Virus record (IMG/VR): IMGVR_UViG_3300045988_010351
Direction: 5' to 3' (one strand)
Origin: a virus
DNA length: 64,000 bases
Under the pieces are notes generated by a model. The model made no database searches. It was not told the origin of the DNA and was given only the letters and a program-made list of their open reading frames with translations. The position numbers and the translations under genes were made by a program. Every line of letters starts with the position of its first letter. Position 1 is the stretch's first letter. Positions 55,851 to 64,000 of this stretch are shown in pieces.

Positions 55851-55916
55851 CAAGCACCATTTTCTTGTCATGAAGGAGTAAAGTTAGGCTTTGGTTTTAG
55901 GTCTAATCTATATTCT

Positions 55917-56324
55917 TTAAGTAATTCCTACTAACTTGTTAGCCCAATATTCAGTATAAAAACTGTAGTAGTTCCATTTAATTCCTATCTTACTACATAG
56001 ATAATGCACTATGTTATGTAGTAATGATGGAATTCCTATCACTATCAAATATAGTGGACCTAATATATCAGATTGCTTACTATGGCCAAATTCATGTTGG
56101 ATAGACTTTTGTGATGACATAGTATCCACAAAGATATAGTTACCTAAGGACATAGTTGGTAGCACATCATTATATATCATAGTGTTACCTCCTACTATAC
56201 CTTCTCTATATGCTGCCTCACACAATATACCCTCTATACATAAAGCAAGCATATTCTGTGGGAACTGCCATAACCACATCAATAAATTCTTAATATAACT
56301 ACTAATCTTCTTCATTTTCTTCAT
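55917..56324 (-). CDS. 135-aa membrane protein with an HExxH motif (putative zinc metallopeptidase-like)
   Basis: IQHEFGHSKQSD flanked by hydrophobic helices; it is the first gene of the minus-strand block. Confidence 0.4.
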   Translation of the reverse strand: MKKMKKISSYIKNLLMWLWQFPQNMLALCIEGILCEAAYREGIVGGNTMIYNDVLPTMSLGNYIFVDTMSSQKSIQHEFGHSKQSDILGPLYLIVIGIPSLLHNIVHYLCSKIGIKWNYYSFYTEYWANKLVGIT

Positions 56325-56835
56325 TAATTATTGGATATAATATATCCCTAGAGCTGGATTAACAGCCTTCAAGACAGCTATTTTTAGCTTTCCTATCAAT
56401 TACTTACTTCAGTAGACCCGGTCTTTTAATCCTCTAAAGTCTGATTCCCTGTGCCTTTTCTCAGTGTGATGTGCTCAGACAATCTACCTTATAAAGTAAC
56501 CATTTGTGTAGTATTGGGGACACCTCTCTATTATTTATAGATACTACCCAACTTCTGCCCCACTACTTTTTATCCTCATGGGGGATAACCTAATCACACT
56601 TAGGTTCTACGAGGTACAAAGATAAGTAAAAGAAATGATATGACCAAATGTATAAATAGAAAATTTATTGATTATAGAGATAATTTTTTTTTTCTGATTT
56701 TTTTTTTGAAAAATTTTTGGTATTTGTAGGAGTGGTACTTACACCAACCACACCCTCCCCATCACTCAGCCCGAGGGGGTCCTACCCCCAAGGGTTAGGC
56801 AATATTGCCGTATAACTGACTAAAACTTTATAACC
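56325..56835. other. 510-bp non-coding divergent control region (candidate bidirectional promoter region, replication origin or structured ncRNA)
   Basis: No ORF. Contains T10/T11 tracts at 56687-56712 and an unusually GC-rich segment at 56745-56810 that forms CCCGAGGGGG-TCCTA-CCCCCAAGGG. Confidence 0.4.
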
Positions 56836-57114
56836 ATGTCAGCAAACAATCTTATTTTCCACGACACTCTTACAGTAGAGCAATTCAAAGACAAGATGAA
56901 AGTCTCACGGATTGAAGTAAAGAAGAATCCCAAGTCGGGAAAGTTATTCTTTTCTTACGGAGCAAAAACAGGAGCTGTTGCATCAAAGGGTATTCCAAAG
57001 AACCCTATGTTCTCCTTTGTAAAGGGAGACCCTACTCCTCAGAATCCCTCAGGGGAATTCTGGCTCCTCCATGAGGAAGGCCAGGGAGGTGCACCTGTAT
57101 TGGCCACCTTCTGA
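56836..57114 (+). CDS. 92-aa hypothetical early protein
   Basis: ORF followed by a clear terminator. Confidence 0.5.
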   Translation: MSANNLIFHDTLTVEQFKDKMKVSRIEVKKNPKSGKLFFSYGAKTGAVASKGIPKNPMFSFVKGDPTPQNPSGEFWLLHEEGQGGAPVLATF

Positions 57115-57121
57115 TAAGAGG

Positions 57122-57161
57122 GCAACAGGCAGAAATGCCTGTTTGCCTTTTGGTTTTTTTT
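57122..57161 (+). terminator. rho-independent terminator
   Basis: Stem GCAACAGGC / GCCTGTTTGC followed by CTTTTTGGTTTTTTTT. Confidence 0.6.
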
Positions 57162-57485
57162 AAGCATTAATAGATTTACATCTCTTCTTGACAAGAAGAT
57201 TAGAGAGGCAAGTAGAGTGTTTAGAGGTTTAATGCACTGGATAAGTAGGATAGGATAATAGAGTGTGGAATACACTTTATGTCCTATCTTTCTTGTTTTG
57301 TATTGAATGTAACTTGTTGATTTACTGAGAGTTATAGTATGGATTAATATGCTGTTAAGTGTGTAGTATTATACAATCACCCCATAAATACCTCTCATGA
57401 AATCAACAATTAGTAGAACAATCATCCAATAATGTATGACTGTTTTTACTGTTACAGTTGAAATATAATGACAATATTTTATTAT

Positions 57486-57662
57486 GGATAATTTTGCTTT
57501 TACTTGTAAACGTCAGATGCTAGAAGCAGCTAAAAAGGATAAAGAACTATTAGATTTTTATAATTTAACAGAAGATTCTGAACCTCATAAAATAGTAGCT
57601 GCATACATTCTCTACTACTTTCCTACATCCGTGAGTAGGGAGATTTGTAAACACATTTAGAA
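57486..57662 (+). CDS. 58-aa small ORF (below the ORF-track size cutoff)
   Basis: ATG...TAG ORF found by reading the region (MDNFAFTCKRQMLEAAKKDKELLDFYNLTEDSEPHKIVAAYILYYFPTSVSREICKHI). Confidence 0.3.
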
Positions 57663-57750
57663 AAGACATTCTCACTTAAATAAAACTATTGTACTGAGGT
57701 TAGAACTCAGAGTGAGAACTTTTTAATAACAACATAAATAATAACTAAAA

Positions 57751-57984
57751 ATGATAACAGATACATTAGAGTTTCAAAAATATTGTTGGATCAAGCTCTA
57801 CGATAAAGTAGAATTTATTCTATTGCCATTAGGTGGCAATTACGATAGTCATTTTGATAATGTTGTAACAAACATTATTAATAATAACTATTGTTTGCTA
57901 CCAAATGAAATAGAAAAAGAGTTCATTTGGACTGCCCAACAATATGTTGATTATGTCATAAAAACATATTATAATGTTGATTGA
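57751..57984 (+). CDS. 77-aa hypothetical protein
   Basis: ORF overlapping the next gene by 4 nt. Confidence 0.45.
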   Translation: MITDTLEFQKYCWIKLYDKVEFILLPLGGNYDSHFDNVVTNIINNNYCLLPNEIEKEFIWTAQQYVDYVIKTYYNVD

Positions 57985-58412
57985 CGGAGTTTTCACATCC
58001 TTTTCTTGGCAACAGAATAAAGGGTGTATTTTTATTTATCAACCTACAAACAAACAATCAAATGAACAAATCAACTATGCAAGATATGATTGAAAATACT
58101 ATTCCAACCCTTGAGTATCTTCACAACTGTGATGATCTGAAAGCTTTTTTAATGTTTCACATAGATGACCCTATATGTGGCACTGCTGACTTTCAGGGAG
58201 ATATGGTAGAATTTACTGGTTATGCTGTTCCCAAAGAAGGAGAAGTCATACCTGTAGATGGTTATGATGTAAACTATACAGTGGGTGCTATTAATGAAGT
58301 AACTAATACTTTTGTTCTAACATTTGGCAAGTTTGCTGATGAAGCCTATGGTGTGGAGCTTCCTGCCTATGTGAGAGAAGAACTCATTGCTACCTTGAAA
58401 GGAGAATGGTAA
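57981..58412 (+). CDS. 143-aa hypothetical protein
   Basis: ORF. Confidence 0.5.
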   Translation: MTEFSHPFLGNRIKGVFLFINLQTNNQMNKSTMQDMIENTIPTLEYLHNCDDLKAFLMFHIDDPICGTADFQGDMVEFTGYAVPKEGEVIPVDGYDVNYTVGAINEVTNTFVLTFGKFADEAYGVELPAYVREELIATLKGEW

Positions 58413-58467
58413 ATTAACTAGTAGTGTGGGGATAAAACTCCACACTACTTCTAAATAAAAAAGAATT

Positions 58468-58806
58468 ATGGAAAAAATAGTATACGGACAATCTATTGAG
58501 AAAGGGCAGATAGTAGAAATAACTGTTCCTAACATAGAAAAGCCTATAAAAGCAGTAGTACTTGATGTAATCGAGTATTCTACAGGCGGTAATAGTGCTC
58601 ACCATGAGTGTATAATGTATGCACAAAAGAGGCTCTTTAAGGCTTCATTTGAATGTAACTGGTCTATAGAAGATAGTTATAATGGCGATCCTGATATACC
58701 AGAGGATGAAGTAGAACTCTACTATTATTCAAACTTAAAATATGAAGGGATAATAGTAGAGTATTGTGAAATACCTGAAATCCAACATCAAGAAATAGAC
58801 CTATGA
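58468..58806 (+). CDS. 112-aa hypothetical protein
   Basis: ORF. Confidence 0.5.
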   Translation: MEKIVYGQSIEKGQIVEITVPNIEKPIKAVVLDVIEYSTGGNSAHHECIMYAQKRLFKASFECNWSIEDSYNGDPDIPEDEVELYYYSNLKYEGIIVEYCEIPEIQHQEIDL

Positions 58807-58994
58807 CCACAAACAAACAGAGAGCTGCTGTTCACTTTTGTGAGCAGTGGCTTAATGTTACCTTCAAAGGTAACATTAATGACTTTCAACAAGTAAGTTA
58901 CTTTTTGTCAATCTACTTAGATGAGGCTAAAAGTCTCTATGATGAAGTCAGATGTGAGTATGAATCTTATTTATGGGATTTAATGATGGATTAA
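58803..58994 (+). CDS. 63-aa hypothetical protein
   Basis: ORF overlapping its upstream neighbour by 4 nt. Confidence 0.4.
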   Translation: MTTNKQRAAVHFCEQWLNVTFKGNINDFQQVSYFLSIYLDEAKSLYDEVRCEYESYLWDLMMD

Positions 58995-58995
58995 C

Positions 58996-59226
58996 ATGGC
59001 AAGAAAACATACATATCACCGAGAAAACTGTGACTGCTCCATAAGAGAAGTCATAGTAGATGTCTATGGAAGGAAAATAATCCTTAGTGGACAACATGCC
59101 TTTGAATATAGTATAACTGTTAATAGTATAACTGTTATATCAATTACTGGTAGAATAGTTATTACTGACTTCAAGAATGGTAAAGAGGCAAGAAAGGAGT
59201 TCTGCAAATATAAAAGGAAGAAGTAA
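58996..59226 (+). CDS. 76-aa hypothetical protein
   Basis: ORF. Confidence 0.4.
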   Translation: MARKHTYHRENCDCSIREVIVDVYGRKIILSGQHAFEYSITVNSITVISITGRIVITDFKNGKEARKEFCKYKRKK

Positions 59227-59442
59227 ATGAGAGTCAAGCTTATACTTAAAGGTGTGTTACTATGGGTAACAGCCTTTGCAGCTGTAATCTTCATATCAGG
59301 AGTAGATAGTATCTATGATAATGGATACCTCTTTCAGACCCTTATAGCTGTTGCAGTAATGATATTCTGTTGCTACAAGCTAATCTCAGAGGAAGAGTTT
59401 GAAATATTGTCTTTGTACAGATGGTTTAACAAAATTATATAA
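59227..59442 (+). CDS. 71-aa small membrane protein
   Basis: Two hydrophobic helices. Confidence 0.4.
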   Translation: MRVKLILKGVLLWVTAFAAVIFISGVDSIYDNGYLFQTLIAVAVMIFCCYKLISEEEFEILSLYRWFNKII

Positions 59443-59448
59443 TGACAT

Positions 59449-60075
59449 ATGAAAAGTAAATGTATTTCTATTACCCTTGAACAAGCTAAAGAGTGGTATT
59501 ATGGAGATAGCTATGTTCTTCAACAATTGGCTCTTAAAGCTTTTGATAAGGAAGAATTAAAACGTTCTTTTAGAGATATTAAATCTTTTAAGGATGCTTG
59601 TGATGCTCTTGAACTTGATTATAATGCCCTTTATCATATGTCTAGAGAAATAAGGCCAACTGGTAGAACAAATGTTGCAATGTTCAAGTTGAGCATCATT
59701 AGGAGGGCACTTAACTTAGATTATGAGTTAAATCTTACAAAAGACCCAAAAGATTCTTGTATCTATCATCCTCTCAATCTACTTACAACTGGAAAGCATA
59801 CTTATCCAGATAAAATGGAAATAATAGGTAAGATTGAAGTTGAGGGCAAAGATTACCTTGTTCTTAGTGGTAGTGCTGATTGTACTGCTACTACAGGTAT
59901 AGGCTGCTACTATCCTCGTGATGAAATAGGTTTTGCTTATTCCGATGTTGCATTTTTTGGTTGTGCAACAAAAGAAATTGCAGAACATTTTGGAAGATAT
60001 TTTGGAATGCTTATCACTATGGCTAAGTATGGTGATTTGCCTGATTTCCATATTATATCTTCAAAATACAATTAA
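59449..60075 (+). CDS. 208-aa hypothetical protein
   Basis: ORF. Confidence 0.5.
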   Translation: MKSKCISITLEQAKEWYYGDSYVLQQLALKAFDKEELKRSFRDIKSFKDACDALELDYNALYHMSREIRPTGRTNVAMFKLSIIRRALNLDYELNLTKDPKDSCIYHPLNLLTTGKHTYPDKMEIIGKIEVEGKDYLVLSGSADCTATTGIGCYYPRDEIGFAYSDVAFFGCATKEIAEHFGRYFGMLITMAKYGDLPDFHIISSKYN

Positions 60076-60101
60076 AAGAAACTCAAAAAAAAAATTAAAT
60101 T

Positions 60102-60758
60102 ATGAAGAGACAACAAGCGAAAGAACTTCTGCCTATAATATCAGCCTTTGCAGAAGGCAAAACAATACAATATTGCATAGATGCAGATTGGATAGATGTT
60201 AGCCCTGATGGAGCTGTTGATTTTAGTGACAATCCTTCAAACTACCGCATCAAGCCAGATGAAAACCAACTTCCTATTAAGGATGGAGACATTATGATGA
60301 CTATGGGCAAAAGAGCTTTTATTGCTAATGGAATAATAGATAGTAATGGCCGCCCATATGCACATTGTGGAATTAATTTACATCATGATTTTACTATAGG
60401 TACAACTATGTGTGGATGGACATCATCACCCTACATACCAGCATCAGAAGAAGCTAAGAAAGAATTATTTATTAAGATGGGAATAGCTGGATATACATGG
60501 AATGCTAAAACTCTAAAATTAGAGAAAATAGAACCAAAATATCGGCCTTTTAGAACTAAAGAAGAGTGTTGGAATGAAATGCTTAAACATCAGCCATTTG
60601 GGTGGGTAAAACATACCTCTTCTAATGAATATTTTTATTCTATATTAGAAGTTATAGACGGTGGTTGTGTATTTGTGTATGGGCCTATGGTTCCATTTGA
60701 TGAGGTTTATGAGTTCAACACATTTGCTGATGGAACACCATTTGGTATTAAAGAATAA
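60102..60758 (+). CDS. 218-aa hypothetical protein
   Basis: ORF. Confidence 0.5.
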   Translation: MKRQQAKELLPIISAFAEGKTIQYCIDADWIDVSPDGAVDFSDNPSNYRIKPDENQLPIKDGDIMMTMGKRAFIANGIIDSNGRPYAHCGINLHHDFTIGTTMCGWTSSPYIPASEEAKKELFIKMGIAGYTWNAKTLKLEKIEPKYRPFRTKEECWNEMLKHQPFGWVKHTSSNEYFYSILEVIDGGCVFVYGPMVPFDEVYEFNTFADGTPFGIKE

Positions 60759-60764
60759 AAGAAT

Positions 60765-61244
60765 ATGAAAACAAAAGAGTTCAAGATACAAATACCAGAA
60801 GGTTATGAAATTGACAAAGAAAACTCAACATTTGAATGTATCAAGTTCAAATCTATAAAGAAAAATATTACATATGGAGATATATGTGAATACCTCTTCA
60901 AAGATAAAGATAGTTTCTATATAACAAATTCTGGAGGAGTAAATAACTATCTGTCTGTTTGTAGTGCCATGGATAAAAACAATGCTACAAATAGAGAACA
61001 ACTTAAAAGAATATTAGCACTAAATCAACTTCTTAATATTGCTGAATATTATAATAGATTACATATTATGATTGATAGACCATATGTAATTTTATATGAT
61101 AAAAGAACACAAAGTTATACAGTTAATTCAGTTTCTCCATGTTATGGATTTGGTATAGAAGCTGCTTTTAATAAAGTAGAAGATGCCAAAGCAGTAAGAG
61201 ATAATCCTAACTTTAGAGAAATTCTTGATACTATTTATAAATAA
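60765..61244 (+). CDS. 159-aa hypothetical protein
   Basis: ORF. Confidence 0.5.
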   Translation: MKTKEFKIQIPEGYEIDKENSTFECIKFKSIKKNITYGDICEYLFKDKDSFYITNSGGVNNYLSVCSAMDKNNATNREQLKRILALNQLLNIAEYYNRLHIMIDRPYVILYDKRTQSYTVNSVSPCYGFGIEAAFNKVEDAKAVRDNPNFREILDTIYK

Positions 61245-61386
61245 TAAATTGCAGTTTTCATGAAATAAATAATTATTAGTAGCCTGTACAAAGGACAGAT
61301 GTATAAGATAGCAATATATCTGAGGGCATTTAGTTTAATTTAGCCCATTGTTGTCAAGATGCTACCTAATTGACAATGGGCATTAT

Positions 61387-61458
61387 GCTCCTATAGTTCA
61401 ATGGATAGAACATCTCTCTCCTAAAGAGAAAATGTAGGTTCGATTCCTACTGGGAGTA
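61387..61458 (+). tRNA. tRNA-Arg: tRNA-Arg (CCT)
   Basis: D-arm GTTC-AATGGATA-GAAC, anticodon arm TCTCT-CTCCTAA-AGAGA, T-arm GTAGG-TTCGATT-CCTAC. Confidence 0.6.
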
Positions 61459-61544
61459 CTAAGGTATTACTCATATAAGGTAATTTGATTGTTTTTAGGT
61501 ATGTGAATTTGAAGGAATTTGTATGTGAATATGAATTCCTTTAT

Positions 61545-61616
61545 GTCTCCATAGTTCAAGGGATAGAACAATAGTCTTCTAAACTATATATCTGAGTTCG
61601 AGTCTCAGTGGAGATA
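61545..61616 (+). tRNA. tRNA-Arg: tRNA-Arg (TCT), second copy, on the plus strand
   Basis: Acceptor GTCTCCA/TGGAGAT, anticodon arm ATAGT-CTTCTAA-ACTAT, T-arm CTGAG-TTCGAGT-CTCAG. Confidence 0.6.
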
Positions 61617-61859
61617 CAATGGTGGATTTAGCTCACTATTTCTACTAAGCAGTGGAACCTGAAGATAAGCAAAATGTGATGCTGATAGGCAAGCTATCAC
61701 CACTTAGTAAATGCAAGGGCTTCAATGTGGGGATATAAAGAAGAAGCTACGTGACTTTAAGTACAATAATTTCAATAGGAAAAGCTGTATGACTTTGTTA
61801 GGACATTCTTTCAATAAGAAATGAATCCATTTTTACATAAATAACTAAAACAGTAAGAT

Positions 61860-62759
61860 ATGCAAAAGGACTTGGTTTTCTTTAAGAAGGAAGGTGAAGA
61901 AGGAGTAGCCTTGACTTCTACAAGTGCTAACCACATTGCTAACTTGGCTAAGGAGTATATTCAAGGTGTGGAGACACAACTGAATAATATATGCTTCTTT
62001 AATACTGAGGTAGCATTGGTAGGTAGTGTTGGTGGTGCAAGCACCATTCAGACAGGAGAAACATCTGAAGTTTTGAATTACTTGCAACCATTTCTTGAAG
62101 CAGTAGCACATGCTAAATCTCTTATAGCTTGGTTGAGAGAGGGTATCAAAGCTAAGGAGAACCTGATGAAGGACTTGCAGAATATTGGTCTTGAAGATTG
62201 GTGTAAGGAGAATGGGCTGACATATCCTGAAGCTCCTAACCGTGGTCATGTATTGACTGAGGTAGAGTATTATGCTTCTCTTCCTATCAAGGAGAGAAAC
62301 AGATACTATCAGTTAGAGACTGAGGCTGCTGTATTAGGCAAGTATATTCATCCTGATGGACACTTGTCTGATGCAAGAAAGGAGTTGAAAGATAAGCTCC
62401 AACACCCACATAAGGTAGATGGTAAAGGTAGGGATGCTCTCATCTATACCTATACTCCTACTGTAGATGTAGCAGGGGTAGATAATGTATTCTTTGAACT
62501 TCAAAAGAAGCACAGAGAGATACAGGCTCAGCTGAATGCTATGAAATATAGCTGTGAGCAAGCTATCAATGAGTCTACCAGTAAGGTGAACTCAGAGTAT
62601 ATGGTTGCTTCACAGAAGTACCAAGCTGAACTCAAAGATATATTAGGAGCCTTCAAGACATGGAATGATGAGAAGTCTCAAGAGTACAGCAAGTTGAAGA
62701 TTGTAGTACCTAACTCACTATTGGGTACTTATAATACTATCAACTCTCTGGGCAAGTAA
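61860..62759 (+). CDS. 299-aa hypothetical protein
   Basis: ORF; preferred over the overlapping antisense ORF 61845..62249 because it is longer and fits the local strand orientation. Confidence 0.5.
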   Translation: MQKDLVFFKKEGEEGVALTSTSANHIANLAKEYIQGVETQLNNICFFNTEVALVGSVGGASTIQTGETSEVLNYLQPFLEAVAHAKSLIAWLREGIKAKENLMKDLQNIGLEDWCKENGLTYPEAPNRGHVLTEVEYYASLPIKERNRYYQLETEAAVLGKYIHPDGHLSDARKELKDKLQHPHKVDGKGRDALIYTYTPTVDVAGVDNVFFELQKKHREIQAQLNAMKYSCEQAINESTSKVNSEYMVASQKYQAELKDILGAFKTWNDEKSQEYSKLKIVVPNSLLGTYNTINSLGK

Positions 62760-63012
62760 ATAAGGACTTGGGATATTAATCCCTAACCTTATTGAATACA
62801 TATAGTAAGTATCTGTTAAAATATACATAATGGCTAATAAAATGTAATATAATATCTAATGCTTAACCGTTAGATAGTCTGTTATTCCAAAATAACCAAC
62901 CCTATGAAGTCTGACTGATGGAGGGATGTTCTTGTTCTTGGTGGTTTAACAGGTTCTTGCTATTGATATTGGCTTTGTGTTAGTAGGTATTTACTATATG
63001 TAACTTGTCTTT

Positions 63013-63085
63013 GTATCTTGGTGTAATTGGTAGCACACTGACTGTTAGGTTGGAGGTTAGGTTCGAGTCCTAAGATACACCAATT
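63013..63085 (+). tRNA. tRNA-like gene with canonical D- and T-arms but an unresolved anticodon arm
   Basis: Acceptor TGTATCT/AGATACA, D-arm GTGT-AATTGGTAGC-ACAC, T-arm TTAGG-TTCGAGT-CCTAA; no 5-7-5 anticodon stem-loop found by eye. Confidence 0.35.
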
Positions 63086-63114
63086 TATTGTTTCACTTCT
63101 AAAATAAAAAAAAA

Positions 63115-63480
63115 ATGGAAAAGAACAAAGAAAAGGGTCTGGAAAGAAATCTGGAACAGAAGCATTTTGGATATGCTGCAATAGCCATTAAAGGTGGCAA
63201 GGAGAGTGGTAGTTTAACCAATGCTGAACTTGTTGAAAATTTGGTAGAAAGCTACAAAGGCAAGACAGTACAGGCACCTATTGAGGTGATTGTAGCAAGT
63301 GCACTATTCCTCAATGCAAGAGAGTTGATGGGTACCATTGAAGCCTTGAATCATACTCTTCGCATTAAAATGGCGGAGGAATTAAAGGAAAAGGCAGATA
63401 AGGGAGAAGCCACAGCAAAAGATACAATGGCTGCTCTTATGCTTGCTGCAATTATGAAGGAAAAATCTAAAGAAGATTAA
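63115..63480 (+). CDS. 121-aa hypothetical protein
   Basis: ORF. Confidence 0.5.
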   Translation: MEKNKEKGLERNLEQKHFGYAAIAIKGGKESGSLTNAELVENLVESYKGKTVQAPIEVIVASALFLNARELMGTIEALNHTLRIKMAEELKEKADKGEATAKDTMAALMLAAIMKEKSKED

Positions 63481-63485
63481 TAAAC

Positions 63486-63920
63486 ATGAGTGAAATCAAG
63501 TTAAGTCTGAGTATTGAGCTTCAAGGAGGCACAATGTTCAGCAAGGAGGAGTGCCTTAAAACAACTCACAAAGTGATTGAGAAGAAGACCAAAGCTGGTA
63601 AAATCTACAAGAAAACCATTAAGGTAAAAGTAGAGGATTGGGACAAGATGGAGAAGCACTCTATGAGAGTGACTGATGAAGGTGGCATCAATCCAGAGAT
63701 TATCACTTTCCATACAAGAAAGTGCAAGCCAGCTACACAGTCCTTGAACATGGGCAAGGAGGCTTATGAATATATGATTGACAAGGATTCTTGTCCTTCA
63801 TGGCTTAAGCCCAGCAAGTGGGCTGCAATGAGTAAAAAGGAGAGACTTGAAGCTCATTTGCAGAGAACAGTAGAATACCTTGGAGGTACTTCATACACTT
63901 ATCAGGTGTTTGAGGACTAA
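63486..63920 (+). CDS. 144-aa hypothetical protein
   Basis: ORF followed by a terminator. Confidence 0.5.
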   Translation: MSEIKLSLSIELQGGTMFSKEECLKTTHKVIEKKTKAGKIYKKTIKVKVEDWDKMEKHSMRVTDEGGINPEIITFHTRKCKPATQSLNMGKEAYEYMIDKDSCPSWLKPSKWAAMSKKERLEAHLQRTVEYLGGTSYTYQVFED

Positions 63921-63939
63921 GTGGGAATGTTCTCATAGT

Positions 63940-63981
63940 AAGGGCAGGGGTACTAATAATATCCTTGCCCTTCTTTTTTTT
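63940..63981 (+). terminator. rho-independent terminator
   Basis: Stem AAGGGCAGG / CCTTGCCCTT followed by CTTTTTTTT. Confidence 0.6.
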
Positions 63982-64000
63982 ACAACCTACTAACTAAGTG

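Noticed and set aside
61845-62249. 134-aa minus-strand ORF
   Set aside because: It is antisense to the longer 299-aa plus-strand ORF, which fits local gene orientation. It is Cys/Leu-rich and low-complexity, typical of antisense artefacts.
1-64000. CRISPR array, integrase with attachment site, or diversity-generating retroelement
   Set aside because: I found no regularly spaced direct repeats. No tyrosine or serine recombinase-like protein was seen (no R..HxxR..Y pattern recognised), and no reverse-transcriptase YxDD motif. The tRNA fragment plus direct repeat is therefore interpreted as a cargo-gene insertion, not a prophage att site.

Overview
This window reads as an AT-rich tailed dsDNA phage genome segment; no bacterial housekeeping genes are visible. 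Almost all coding is on the minus strand between about 4.9 kb and 56.3 kb. From high to low coordinates this block holds a promoter/terminator region and a roughly 4.3 kb array of about 24 tRNA genes with three protein genes embedded in it. Next come small accessory genes, including a GroES-like co-chaperonin and a zinc-ribbon protein. A structural module follows: large terminase (Walker-A motif SRGKGKS), an 807-aa portal candidate, a GT2 glycosyltransferase, a putative lysis cassette and a 503-aa major-capsid candidate with scaffold-like and paralogous neighbours. The block ends with several very large proteins (852, 1565, 764, 606 and 2634 aa) that look like tail, ejection or cargo proteins. 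A plus-strand gene pair (partial ORF and a 1351-aa protein) converges on the end of that operon with face-to-face terminators near 4.8 kb. A plus-strand early-type region of small ORFs diverges from about 56.8 kb and carries three more tRNA-like genes. The architecture is reminiscent of crAss-like phages of Bacteroidales: giant virion proteins at the end of the structural operon, a huge tRNA array, and a recurring TAnnTTTG -7-type promoter motif. This placement is inference from layout and motifs only. The most notable items are a very low-GC GT10-type fucosyltransferase-like gene spliced into the tRNA array between 13-bp direct repeats next to a truncated tRNA, several non-canonical tRNA-like elements, a HExxH zincin motif plus a PD-(D/E)xK-like motif in the 2634-aa giant protein, a repeated promoter motif GCAAAGGTAAG, and a candidate holin / L,D-peptidase / spanin lysis module. 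All functional calls rest on motifs read by eye and need HHpred, BLAST and tRNAscan-SE confirmation.
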